Origin: Chloroflexota bacterium
Lineage (GTDB): Bacteria; Chloroflexota; Dehalococcoidia; SM23-28-2; RBG-16-64-32
Assembly (NCBI GenBank): GCA_005882715.1
Contig: VBEI01000094.1
Location: forward strand, 1 to 56,868
Reading direction: 5' to 3'
Length of the DNA: 56,868 bases
Positions 44,384 to 53,285 of this stretch are shown here, piece by piece (position 1 is the stretch's first letter; every line of letters starts with the position of its first letter). The position numbers and the translations under genes were made by a program. A model generated the notes under the pieces. That model saw only the letters and a list, made by a program, of their open reading frames with translations, ran no database searches and was not told the DNA's origin.

Positions 44384-44750
44384 AAGTCCAGCAGGCCGGG
44401 CGACCGCTTCGATCCTATCGGAGAGGAAGGTCCGAGCTCCTCCGGGCAGCGCACTGGGTAACACCCAGGCCCCGGCTGCGCAAGCAACTGGGGACGGAAA
44501 GTGGCACAGAAACATACCCCCCGACGCGTCGGGGAAGGGTGAAATGGCGGGGTAAGAGCCCACCGGCGGCGGCGCGAACCGCGGGCCGGCCAAACCCTGC
44601 GCGGAGCAAGGCCAAATAGGAGGGTGCTAAGGGCGCCCGGCCCAAACCCTCGGGTTGGCCGCTTGAGGCCCTGAGCAATTAGGGTCCTAGATTGATGATC
44701 GCCCCCCGACATGTCGGGGACAGAACTCGGCCTACAGGTCTGCTGGGCTT
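44384..44750 (+). ncRNA. rnpB: RNase P RNA, bacterial type A
   Basis: GGAGAGGAAGGTCCGAGCTCC (cf. GAGGAAAGTCCGGGCTCC), ACAGAAACATACC, GGGTGAAATGGCGGGGTAAGAGCCCACC and GACAGAACTCGGCCTA. The 5' AAGTCCAGCAGGCC pairs with the 3' GGTCTGCTGGGCTT (P1). Ends are accurate to within a few nt. Confidence 0.9.
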
Positions 44751-44829
44751 GTTACGCTTATGGGCGGAGCAAGCCAACGCCCGTACGCCGCAACCCAGAC
44801 CACTTGCGCGCCGTTTCCCTTGTGAGATC

Positions 44830-46353
44830 ATGCGACTCGCCGAACTGGTGACCCATCTCCCGGACACAGTATTCCAGAGCGAGATAAGCGATCCGGAGAT
44901 TACTTCGGCCTCGTACGACTCTCGATCGGCCACGCCCGGGTCGATCTTCGTGGCAATAGTCGGCTTCAAATCCGACGGCCACGATTATCTGAAGCAGGCG
45001 CTCGCGGCGGGAGCTTCTGCCGTTGCACTTCAGGTGGATCGCGAGCAGAAGTGGTCATCGTTTCTCGGCGAATCGCGGGCACCCGCCCTCATCGTGCCGG
45101 ACACGCGCCAGGCACTTGCCCGGATCGCGGCAGCACTCGCCGGGTACCCGGCTCGGCGCTTGCGCACGGTCGGTGTGACGGGCACCGATGGCAAGACCAG
45201 CGTCTCGCATCTGCTCCACCACATGCTCTCTTCGGTCGATGAACCAGCCGGCCTCATCAGTACCGCCCAGTGCCGAGTCGCCGATCGGCTCCTCCCCGAC
45301 ACCGGACGATTCACCACCCCGGAATCGCCCGAGGTCCAGCAGATGCTGAGCGAAATGGTCGAGGCCGGCTGTCGCTGGGGCGTGATCGAAGCGACCTCGC
45401 ACGGCCTTGCCCTTCACCGTGTCGATGAATGCGACTTCGATGTTGCCGTCTTCACGAACCTCTATGCCGACCACCTGGACTTCCATCAGACACTAGAAGC
45501 GTACATCTCGGCGAAGGGCCGCCTGTTCTCGATGCTTGTCTCCGCCCAAAAGGACATCGAGAAAACAGCCGTCTTGAATGCTGACGATCCGGCTTCGGAG
45601 TCGTTCCGGAGCCTTACCAGTGCGCGCATTATTACGTACGGTCTGCTCTCATCCGCCGATGTTACAGCCGAGCAAATCACGCCCGATGGATGGGGCTCGC
45701 GCTTTCTCGTCCGCGCATTCGGAAACGAACGCGAGATCCGTATGCAAGTGCCTGGAGACTTCAACGTCTACGGCGCTCTCGCCGCATACTCCGTCGCCCA
45801 CGCGGGGCAACTAGATCTCGACGCCGCCAGCATTGCGATCCAGACCTGGCAGGGAGCGCCCGGGCGAATGGAACTCATTGAGGAGGGGCAGCCGTTTACG
45901 GTCCTCGTCGACTTTGCCCATGCGCCGGACGCTCTGAAGCGCGCGCTGACATTCCTCCGCGATCGATCGACCGGTCGCATCGTCACGGTGTTCGGCTGCA
46001 TAGGCGAGCGGGATAAGGACCGGCGCTTCGCGATGGGGCGGGTCGCCGCAGAAAGCGCTGACTATACAATCGTCACCGACGACAATCCTTACTCCGAGGA
46101 CCGCAATGCCATCATCGCAGAGATCGCCCGCGGCCTTCGTAACGGAGGCAGGCGCGAAGGCCACGATTTCATAACTATCCCCGATCGCCGGGAGGCAATC
46201 GCCCATGCGCTGGGCATGGCGGTCGATGGGGACGCAGTCTTGCTCGCCGGTAAAGGTCACGAGCGAGAAGTGCATCTACCGGAGTTGGTCTACCCATGCC
46301 ATGACCCGACCGTTGCCTCGGAGGTGTTGCGCGATCTCGGCTACGGTCGTTGA
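44830..46353 (+). CDS. murE: UDP-MurNAc-L-Ala-D-Glu--2,6-diaminopimelate (or L-Lys) ligase
   Basis: Start taken at ATG 44830, because the upstream part of the track ORF overlaps rnpB. P-loop GVTGTDGKTSVSHLL; TDDNPYSED. Confidence 0.92.
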   Translation: MRLAELVTHLPDTVFQSEISDPEITSASYDSRSATPGSIFVAIVGFKSDGHDYLKQALAAGASAVALQVDREQKWSSFLGESRAPALIVPDTRQALARIAAALAGYPARRLRTVGVTGTDGKTSVSHLLHHMLSSVDEPAGLISTAQCRVADRLLPDTGRFTTPESPEVQQMLSEMVEAGCRWGVIEATSHGLALHRVDECDFDVAVFTNLYADHLDFHQTLEAYISAKGRLFSMLVSAQKDIEKTAVLNADDPASESFRSLTSARIITYGLLSSADVTAEQITPDGWGSRFLVRAFGNEREIRMQVPGDFNVYGALAAYSVAHAGQLDLDAASIAIQTWQGAPGRMELIEEGQPFTVLVDFAHAPDALKRALTFLRDRSTGRIVTVFGCIGERDKDRRFAMGRVAAESADYTIVTDDNPYSEDRNAIIAEIARGLRNGGRREGHDFITIPDRREAIAHALGMAVDGDAVLLAGKGHEREVHLPELVYPCHDPTVASEVLRDLGYGR

Positions 46354-46418
46354 GTGCTGAAAGCCGAGTGCCAACGGCTGATCGCTCCATAAAATTCTCC
46401 AATCATCCGCTGTTTCTA

Positions 46419-46447
46419 TTGTGAGATTGGAGACCATCTGCTACGAT
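46419..46447 (+). promoter_or_regulatory. sigma70-like promoter of an orphan mini transcription unit
   Basis: TTGTGA (46419-24), 17-nt spacer, TACGAT (46442-47). Confidence 0.45.
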
Positions 46448-46473
46448 GCGACGCAGGAAAGGAGGTGATGTGA

Positions 46474-46545
46474 ATGGACGACAATACTAGCTCTGGCCAT
46501 AGGCCTGTCCGTTCACACCATCACCTCTCTGAGGTGTTGGTGTAA
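46474..46545 (+). CDS. 23-aa candidate small ORF (alternatively part of a structured sRNA)
   Basis: An 11-nt SD match, AAGGAGGTGAT (46459-69), precedes it. An ATG-TGA start-stop sits at 46468-73, then ATG 46474 encodes MDDNTSSGHRPVRSHHHLSEVLV. The ORF body lies inside a long hairpin (46501-46571). Confidence 0.3.
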   Translation: MDDNTSSGHRPVRSHHHLSEVLV

Positions 46546-46585
46546 TAGCTGAAAGGCGCGTGGACAGGTCTACGTGCCGAAGCGC

Positions 46586-46620
46586 AAGAGGCCGGCCCGG
46601 AAGGGCCGGCCTCTTGTTTA
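46586..46620 (+). terminator. strong intrinsic terminator
   Basis: Perfect 13-bp stem AAGAGGCCGGCCC-ggaa-GGGCCGGCCTCTT followed by GTTT. Confidence 0.75.
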
Positions 46621-46681
46621 CTAGCTCCTAGAGCATTGCCGACTCTGGCTGTTGGCCTCTTCCGCCCCATATCCTATCGCC

Positions 46682-47455
46682 ATGTGGCTCAACCTCGCCC
46701 GAGTCGAAGAGCGCCTCGCGACTCGCTTGGTCGGCCGGCGCATCGTTTATCTGACGAGCACGACTTCTACCATGGACGTCGCTCGCCAAGAGGCGGAAGC
46801 CGGCGCCCCGGACGGAACCGTCGTCTTCGCCGAAGAGCAGACGAAGGGCCGCGGCCGCTTCGACCGCGCCTGGGTCTCGCCTTCGGGGAAGAACCTCTAT
46901 CTCACGCTGGTCATGCGACCGCCGCTCGACCGGCTGCGCTCGCTGGGCATCATCGCGCCCCTCGCCGTTGCGCTCGCCCTCGAGGACTCGACCGGCCTCA
47001 GACCGCGCATCAAGTGGCCGAACGATGTCCTGATCGACGGCCGCAAGCTTTCAGGGATACTGATCGAGAGTGAAATCTCGGGGTCCGCAGTCGAGTACGC
47101 TCTCGTCGGCCCCGGCATCAACGTGAATTTCGATATCAAACAGTCGCCCGAAATCGCCGCGATCGCCACGAGTATCAAGCGCGAGCTTGGCCGCGAGGCG
47201 TCTCGCGAGGAGTTGCTCGCCGCTTTCCTCAACCACTTCGAAGCGCTCTACGAAGACGCCCAGACGGGCGACGCCGTGTTCCAGGAGTGGCGCTCCCGGC
47301 TCGACACGTTGGGCCGCGAAGTACGCGTGACGTTCGGCGACCAGGTTTACGAAGGAACGGCCGAAGACGTCGACCGCGACGGCAATCTCATCCTCGTCCA
47401 ACCGGACGGCACCAGGCGGATAGTCGAGGCGGGCGAGGTCACGTTGCGAGCTTAA
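46682..47455 (+). CDS. birA: biotin--[acetyl-CoA-carboxylase] ligase (no N-terminal HTH)
   Basis: EEQTKGRGRFDRAWVSPSGKNLYLT and KWPNDVLIDGRKLSGIL. The track ORF starts at TTG 46652; ATG 46682 is an alternative start. Confidence 0.9.
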   Translation: MWLNLARVEERLATRLVGRRIVYLTSTTSTMDVARQEAEAGAPDGTVVFAEEQTKGRGRFDRAWVSPSGKNLYLTLVMRPPLDRLRSLGIIAPLAVALALEDSTGLRPRIKWPNDVLIDGRKLSGILIESEISGSAVEYALVGPGINVNFDIKQSPEIAAIATSIKRELGREASREELLAAFLNHFEALYEDAQTGDAVFQEWRSRLDTLGREVRVTFGDQVYEGTAEDVDRDGNLILVQPDGTRRIVEAGEVTLRA

Positions 47456-47472
47456 TCGCCCCAAAAGAGCGA

Positions 47473-48363
47473 TCAGGCGGCAGGCTCTTGCCCTTCCGGC
47501 GGAGTTTCACGTGTAGTGCCTGCCGAGGGCACCTCCCGCCGCTGCCCGCGGCCTGCCGCAGACCCACCGTTTGCCTGAACGCGCCCGACGAACATGCTGA
47601 TGAGGTCTATGGGGATGGGGAAGACCACAGTGCTATTCTTTTCGGAGGCGATCTCGGTTAGCGTCTGCAGGTAGCGCAACTGAAGAGTGGCCGGCTGCGC
47701 CGCCATCACATCGCCCGCCTCCCTGAGACGCGCTGCCGCTTCGAACTCTCCCTCGGCATGTATGACCTTGGCGCGCCGCTCACGCTCTGCCTGTGCCTGA
47801 CGGCTCATGGCGTTGATCATGTCCGCGGGTAGACTCACGTCCCGCACTTCCACCAGTGTCACCTTGATTCCCCACGGCTCTGTCGTCTCATCGATTATCT
47901 GTTGGAGCCGCTGATTTACCTCCTCTCGCCTGCTCAGGAGTTCATCCATGTCTGACTGCCCCAGGACGCTCCGCAGTGTCGTCTGAGCTACCAGCGATGT
48001 GGCTCGGAAGTAATCCATGATCTTCACCACCGCGTCTTCCGGATTGACAACTCGGAAGTAAACGACTGCGTCGACCTTTACGGTTACGTTGTCCTTGGTT
48101 ATCACGTCCTGGCGCGGGACATCCATCGTGACGACTCGGAGGTCCACTTTCACCATTCGCTCGACGAAGGGCAGGATAAAGAACAGCCCCGGGCCGCGGG
48201 CCCCGACGAGACGACCAAGCCGGAAGATGACGCCGCGTTCGTATTCCTGGACGATCTTGATCGCGATGAAGAAAAGGGGGACAGCAAAGATGTAGCCAAA
48301 GCCAGTGAGAATCCGTGCCAGGAAGTTCGGGCTGGTCTTGTCGGGCGGGCGTTCGCTTGTCAT
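47473..48363 (-). CDS. SPFH/band-7 (stomatin-like) membrane protein
   Basis: 296 aa. TM helix, then [40 protein letters not shown] and a coiled-coil AEREKRA-like region. Confidence 0.88.
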   Translation of the reverse strand: MTSERPPDKTSPNFLARILTGFGYIFAVPLFFIAIKIVQEYERGVIFRLGRLVGARGPGLFFILPFVERMVKVDLRVVTMDVPRQDVITKDNVTVKVDAVVYFRVVNPEDAVVKIMDYFRATSLVAQTTLRSVLGQSDMDELLSRREEVNQRLQQIIDETTEPWGIKVTLVEVRDVSLPADMINAMSRQAQAERERRAKVIHAEGEFEAAARLREAGDVMAAQPATLQLRYLQTLTEIASEKNSTVVFPIPIDLISMFVGRVQANGGSAAGRGQRREVPSAGTTRETPPEGQEPAA

Positions 48364-49709
48364 GTCTGCTCTCCTTCCGGTTTATGCTTGCGCACTCTGA
48401 GCTTGAGTCCTTTGACGGCAGTGATGATAACGCCTTCTCCGGGTTTCACCGCGCCATCCTCCGCCTCTGCTGACCAGTACTCTCCATTCAAAAACACGAA
48501 GCCGCTGGGCTCCAATGCCGAGCGCGCAACGGCCCTCTTGCCGACCATCGTCTCGATACCCACGCGCGGAGGCATGCGCCGTATACGGATGATATTCGCA
48601 ACTATAACAAGACAGAAACTCGCCAGCGCGGCGGCCAGCCCGAACACGAGCCAGCGCGAGACCTGGAACTCAGGCGGGTTGTCGCTGGTCAGGATCAGGC
48701 CGCCGAACACCAGCGCCACCGCTCCGCCGATCCCTAATATGCCGTGACTGGTGATGAACATCTCAAGGCCGAACAAAAGAAATGCGAACAGAATCAACGC
48801 CACACCCACCCAGTTGAACGGCAGCACGCTCAGAGCGAAGAACCCGAGTAACAGCGAGATCACACCGAACACGCCGGCGAAGATACTCCCTGGGTGCAAT
48901 AGCTCGATGAAAATTCCGAGCGACCCAAGTGACAGCAGCAGGAACGCGATATTCGGCTCGGCGATGATGTTCAGAAAGTCCTCAATGAAATTGGTGTCGT
49001 TGTAGACAACCGGCGCGTTGGCGGTAGCCAGCGTCGCCTCGCCGTTATCCAGCGAGACCTTGCGCCCGTCGATGGCTTTTAGCAGGCCATCCAGGTCGTC
49101 GGCCTCGAGATCGACGATGTGCTGCTGGACGGCCTCATCCGTGTGCGCCGAAATGCCTTCTCGCACGGCGCGTTCTCCCCAGTCACCGTTGCGCCCGCGC
49201 AGCTGAGCGAGGCCGCGGATCTTGGCGACTGCATCGCCTTTGACCTTGTTGCCGAGGTCGCCGCCGATGTCACCGCCGCTGGCATCGATCGGCGTGGCGG
49301 AACCGATGCTGGTGGCAGGCGCCATCGCCGCGATGTGGCTCGCGTAGGCGATGTACGTGCCCGCGGACGCTGCCCGTCCTCCCGAGGGCCAGACGTACAC
49401 CACCACGGGCACCTTTGAGGCAAGTATGCGCTCGATGATCTTGTCCATAGAGCTGGAAAGCCCCCCGGGCGTATCCATTCGGATCACCACCGCGCCGGCG
49501 TTCTTGTCCTCAGCGGCGCCGATCCCGCGATCGATATAGCGCTGCATAACCGGGTTCACTTCGCCGTTCGCGGTGAGCACGTGCGTCGCGCCTCGCGGCG
49601 CATCCCGTCCGCCCGCGCAGGCGAAGATCGAGACAGAGGCAAGGAGAAGCAGCGCGGCGAGCCCAAAACGTGTCCTCCGGCTCGAGCGGAGGAACTCGGT
49701 GGTGTTCAT
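48360..49709 (-). CDS. NfeD-family membrane-bound ClpP-class serine protease
   Basis: 449 aa. Signal sequence, protease-like domain ([10 protein letters not shown]...[12 protein letters not shown]), 4-5 TM helices and a C-terminal NfeD OB-like domain. 4-nt overlap with the SPFH gene. Confidence 0.85.
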   Translation of the reverse strand: MNTTEFLRSSRRTRFGLAALLLLASVSIFACAGGRDAPRGATHVLTANGEVNPVMQRYIDRGIGAAEDKNAGAVVIRMDTPGGLSSSMDKIIERILASKVPVVVYVWPSGGRAASAGTYIAYASHIAAMAPATSIGSATPIDASGGDIGGDLGNKVKGDAVAKIRGLAQLRGRNGDWGERAVREGISAHTDEAVQQHIVDLEADDLDGLLKAIDGRKVSLDNGEATLATANAPVVYNDTNFIEDFLNIIAEPNIAFLLLSLGSLGIFIELLHPGSIFAGVFGVISLLLGFFALSVLPFNWVGVALILFAFLLFGLEMFITSHGILGIGGAVALVFGGLILTSDNPPEFQVSRWLVFGLAAALASFCLVIVANIIRIRRMPPRVGIETMVGKRAVARSALEPSGFVFLNGEYWSAEAEDGAVKPGEGVIITAVKGLKLRVRKHKPEGEQT

Positions 49710-49773
49710 CTTTGTGGCGACTCGCGCAATCCCTATTATACGCCGATTCGTGCCGGTCTAATTCACCCGAAAA

Positions 49774-49803
49774 TTGAACGCCCGTTCGCACCGATGCTAG
49801 AAT
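49774..49803 (+). promoter_or_regulatory. sigma70-like promoter upstream of the his operon
   Basis: TTGAAC (49774-79), 18-nt spacer, TAGAAT (49798-803). AGGAG lies before the hisZ ATG. Confidence 0.5.
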
Positions 49804-49831
49804 TGCCACATCCCACAGGAGCACTCACCGT

Positions 49832-51058
49832 ATGGAAGACTCGATGCGACCCCCCGGCATGCGCGACATGCTGCCCGCGGACATGGAGCGCTTTCGCCTT
49901 ATTGAGAGCGCCTTCCGAAACGCTTGCCTCGGCTGGGGCTATGGCGAAGTCCGTACGCCTACGATCGAGCGGCTCCATTTGTTTACAGCAGCGGGCATGC
50001 TGTCGCCTCAGATGCTCGATCGGGTCTATTCGTTCCTCGACTGGGACGGCTGGAGCGGCGAGCGCGTCGTCCTCCGCCCCGATTCGACGATTCCAGTCGC
50101 CCGCCTCTACGTAGAGAAGCTTAAGGACGTCCGCGTCGCCAAGCTCTTCTATGTCCAGAGCGTCCTCCGCTTCTCGCAGGGTGACGACTCGCGGGAGGAC
50201 TGGCAGTGCGGCGCCGAGCTCATCGGCGATACGTATCCGCTGGGTGACCTCGAGCTTATTCTCATCGCCTGTGAGGTCCTCCAAAGCCTCGGCTTTCCGC
50301 CAGAAATCAAGCTCTCCGATCCGGGTATTCTCCGGGCGGTCCTCTCCAAGGCCGGCTACGAGCAGGTCGATCAGCTGTCGCTCTACGATCGCTTGCTCGA
50401 CGGCGACTCGAACGCGCTCTCCGAGGTGCAACAACGGTTGCCCCAAGGAGCGGTGGCCGGCCTTGACATGCTCTCGATGGAAGGCGAAGGCTCCGCATTT
50501 TTGAAGAATCTCCGCAGCGTTCTCGAACCTGGTATCCCCGAAGTAGGTGCCCCTATCGACGTGCTGGCGACGATCGCTGACGTCCTGACCGGCATCGGGC
50601 ACTCGCCGAGAATCGCGCCTGCACTGGTTCGCAACTTCGAGTACTACACCGGTCCGGTATTTCATCTCTTCGTCGGAGGCACGAAGATCGTGGGCGGCGG
50701 ACGCTATGACGCACTGATCTCGCAGGTAGGGCAGCAATCGATTCCAGCGTCCGGCTTCGCGCTCGAAATGGAACCTCTCGCTTCTCTGCTATCAGGAGCC
50801 GAATCGGCAGCACGACCGCAGGTTTCAATCCGCTCCGCGGGAAAAAACGGCGCCGATATCGGTGCCGTCTTCGCGCTCGCTCGCGCACTTAGAGACGCAG
50901 GCGTAAGTGTTCAGCTCGTAGGTCCAACTAATGGTCCCGGCCGAGAAATAGTTGCGTCAGCGGACGGATTTTCGCTGGCGTCCCAAGATGGGAAGGCCCG
51001 GCGTCTGACCCGCGTGGAAGAGGTGGTCCGGGCGGTGGCAGATGCCGGCCATGATTAA
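49832..51058 (+). CDS. hisZ: ATP phosphoribosyltransferase regulatory subunit (HisRS paralogue)
   Basis: 408 aa. PPGMRDMLP...YGEVRTPTIE (class II aaRS-like core). It has no anticodon-binding domain and is followed by hisG. Confidence 0.88.
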   Translation: MEDSMRPPGMRDMLPADMERFRLIESAFRNACLGWGYGEVRTPTIERLHLFTAAGMLSPQMLDRVYSFLDWDGWSGERVVLRPDSTIPVARLYVEKLKDVRVAKLFYVQSVLRFSQGDDSREDWQCGAELIGDTYPLGDLELILIACEVLQSLGFPPEIKLSDPGILRAVLSKAGYEQVDQLSLYDRLLDGDSNALSEVQQRLPQGAVAGLDMLSMEGEGSAFLKNLRSVLEPGIPEVGAPIDVLATIADVLTGIGHSPRIAPALVRNFEYYTGPVFHLFVGGTKIVGGGRYDALISQVGQQSIPASGFALEMEPLASLLSGAESAARPQVSIRSAGKNGADIGAVFALARALRDAGVSVQLVGPTNGPGREIVASADGFSLASQDGKARRLTRVEEVVRAVADAGHD

Positions 51059-52448
51059 GCTCGCGCTGCCGGCAGGTGACCTCCGAAGCGCAGTCGCAGT
51101 ACTGCTCGACTCGGCAGGTCTTGCGATCGAGGGCTACGGGGAAGGGTCTCGTGCCTACCGGCTGCCTGGACGCAGCCGAGATGTCCTCACCGCCCGTGTG
51201 TTCCGAGAAAAAGATATCCCCATCCAGGTCGCTCTCGGAAACTACGATCTCGGGATCTGCAGCATCGCTTGGGTCAAGGAAATGCGCGCGCGCTTCCCGG
51301 GCCAGCCAATCGTGCCGCTCTCAGACCTCGGCGTTGCGCAGGCTGCTGTCTGGGCAGCCGGCGCGCCGGGTCACTGCGATCGCCTCGAATACCTACCCAG
51401 GCTGCGCCTCGTGCGGATCGCAAGCGAATACGCGAACATCGCTGAAGCATTCGCGCGGTCCGCGCGGCTAGCCAGATATCGCGTGCAGCCGGTCTGGGGA
51501 GCGGCAGAGGCCTACCCTCCGGAAGATGCGGATTGCGTCATTGTGACAGCCGCAGGCGAAAGCCAATTGCGCGAATCCGGCGCGCAGCCACTCTTCAAGC
51601 TTTTCGACAGTTCCGCCTGGCTTGTCGCGAATGCCACTGCCCTTAAGACCAAAAACCTCAGCAGCGTCACCGGGCCACTGAAATCCAGTGCTACCAGCAC
51701 AGCCGCCGGAAACGGCCTTCGGTTGCCCGGGCCGCTGCCGCGTAACGCTGCGGAGCGGATGCCAATGAGCCGCGACACGCTCCGCCTCGCTGTCCCCGAC
51801 GGCCACCAGCAGCGCCACGTGGTCGAAGCCCTCCGCGCAGCAGACCTCGCTTTCGACGGCTACGGCGACGGAGGGACCGTCCGCCGTCCTCCTTCCGGCG
51901 TCGACGGGCTCGATGTAAAGGTCATACGGCCACACGATATGCCGGCTCTTGTGGCGACCGGCGAAATGGACCTCGCCATCACAGGGCGTGATTGCCTCCT
52001 CGAGCATCGCTACGCTTTTCCGTCCAGCCCGGCCATCGAGCTGGTCGACCTCGAACGCGGTCAGTACAACCTATCCGCCGTGGTCAGCGAAGACCTATCG
52101 GCGACGACTATTGATGAAGCCCTCGGGCAGTGGCGTGGCGAAAACAAGCGCCTCATCCGTGTCGCCGCCGAATTTCCCGCCACTGCCGACCATTACGCCC
52201 GGAGCCGCCACTTCTGGCGCTACCAAGTGATCCCCATCGCCGGCGCTTCCGAAGGTTTCGTCCCCGAAGACGCCGACCTCCTCATCGAAGGCACCGAGAC
52301 CGGCAAGACGATCGCCGAGAACCGCCTCAAAGTCATCGACCTCCTCTACCGTTCCACTACGTGCGTCATCGCCAACCGCAATGCGGAGCTGAGCGGGAAC
52401 CGTCGGCGCGTCTATGACGAGTTTGTAGCGGCCCTGCGAAAGCTCTGA
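51051..52448 (+). CDS. hisG: ATP phosphoribosyltransferase, tandem double HisG(short) fusion
   Basis: N-terminal half: MIKLALPAGDL...DIPIQVALGNYDLGI...VRIASEYANIAEAF...GAAEAYPPEDADCVIV. C-terminal half: LRLAVPDGHQ...DMPALVATGEMDLAITG...IRVAAEFPATADHY...GASEGFVPEDADLLIEGTETGKTIAENRL. Only the second half keeps the TG.T PRPP-loop-like motif. Confidence 0.85.
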   Translation: MIKLALPAGDLRSAVAVLLDSAGLAIEGYGEGSRAYRLPGRSRDVLTARVFREKDIPIQVALGNYDLGICSIAWVKEMRARFPGQPIVPLSDLGVAQAAVWAAGAPGHCDRLEYLPRLRLVRIASEYANIAEAFARSARLARYRVQPVWGAAEAYPPEDADCVIVTAAGESQLRESGAQPLFKLFDSSAWLVANATALKTKNLSSVTGPLKSSATSTAAGNGLRLPGPLPRNAAERMPMSRDTLRLAVPDGHQQRHVVEALRAADLAFDGYGDGGTVRRPPSGVDGLDVKVIRPHDMPALVATGEMDLAITGRDCLLEHRYAFPSSPAIELVDLERGQYNLSAVVSEDLSATTIDEALGQWRGENKRLIRVAAEFPATADHYARSRHFWRYQVIPIAGASEGFVPEDADLLIEGTETGKTIAENRLKVIDLLYRSTTCVIANRNAELSGNRRRVYDEFVAALRKL

Positions 52449-52532
52449 CCCAACTCCTCGTGGGCAAGAACCGATCGGCCAAGAAAGGGTGGGAGGTGGG
52501 GCCTCTGCTACAATTGCCCAGAGGATACGTAT

Positions 52533-53285
52533 ATGCCGCCGCTGGCCCTCCACACGGCCATTGCCAAGGACATCGCCGACCGCCTGAACCTCTCCGCCCT
52601 CAACGATGAGCGCGGCAGTCTTTACTTGGGCTCGACCGCGCCCGATATTCGCGTGATCACCAAATGGGAGCGATCCCGCACGCACTTCTTCGATCTAGAC
52701 TGCTTCGATGAGCAAAGCGGCGTCTCGGCGCTCTTCGTCGAGTATCCGGCCTTGGCGAATCCTGCTGAGCTTAGCCCTCAGACACGGGCCTTCATTGCTG
52801 GGTACCTCACGCACTTGGTAACGGATGAAACCTGGATTACTACTGTCTACCGTCCCCACTTTGGCGAACGCTCCCCGCTCGGCGGAGACATCCGCGCGAA
52901 TATCATGGACCGCGCCCTCCAGTTCTCCCTCGACTCTGAGCGCCGCCGCGATCGTCACCTCATGCTGCACGTGCTCGACGCCGTCAGCCGCACCGACATC
53001 GGCCTCAACATCGATCTGATCGACGCCGAGACCCTCCGGCGCTGGCGCGACGTGATCGCCGATATCGTCCAGAACGAGCCCAACTGGGACCGCTTCCGCC
53101 AGGCCGCCAAGCGTCATCTGAAGATCGATGCCGACGGCGACGGCGTCGACGACCTCATGGCGTCGCTCCCCGAACTCGTTGACCAGACTCTGACCTACCT
53201 CACACCCGAGCGCGTCGAGGCCTTTATGGACGACTCCCGCATCAAGAGTCTCGACGCTGTCCGGGACTACCTCCAGTGCGCATAA
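52533..53285 (+). CDS. hypothetical metal-dependent hydrolase-like protein (zinc phospholipase C-like fold?)
   Basis: 250 aa with His/Asp-rich motifs HTAIAKD, STAPDIRV, RTHFFD and GYLTHLVTDETW. Its last 10 nt overlap the hisD GTG start. Confidence 0.45.
   Translation: MPPLALHTAIAKDIADRLNLSALNDERGSLYLGSTAPDIRVITKWERSRTHFFDLDCFDEQSGVSALFVEYPALANPAELSPQTRAFIAGYLTHLVTDETWITTVYRPHFGERSPLGGDIRANIMDRALQFSLDSERRRDRHLMLHVLDAVSRTDIGLNIDLIDAETLRRWRDVIADIVQNEPNWDRFRQAAKRHLKIDADGDGVDDLMASLPELVDQTLTYLTPERVEAFMDDSRIKSLDAVRDYLQCA

Noticed and set aside
44155-44712. Several ORFs (44155..44712 -, 44362..44619 +, 44415..44678 -, and the N-terminal 46 codons of 44692..46353)
   Set aside because: They overlap the RNase P RNA gene, whose conserved motifs and P1 pairing explain this stretch. 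murE is started at ATG 44830 instead.
49763-50737. 324-aa minus-strand ORF
   Set aside because: It is antisense to hisZ, which has clear class II aaRS-like motifs and operon context.
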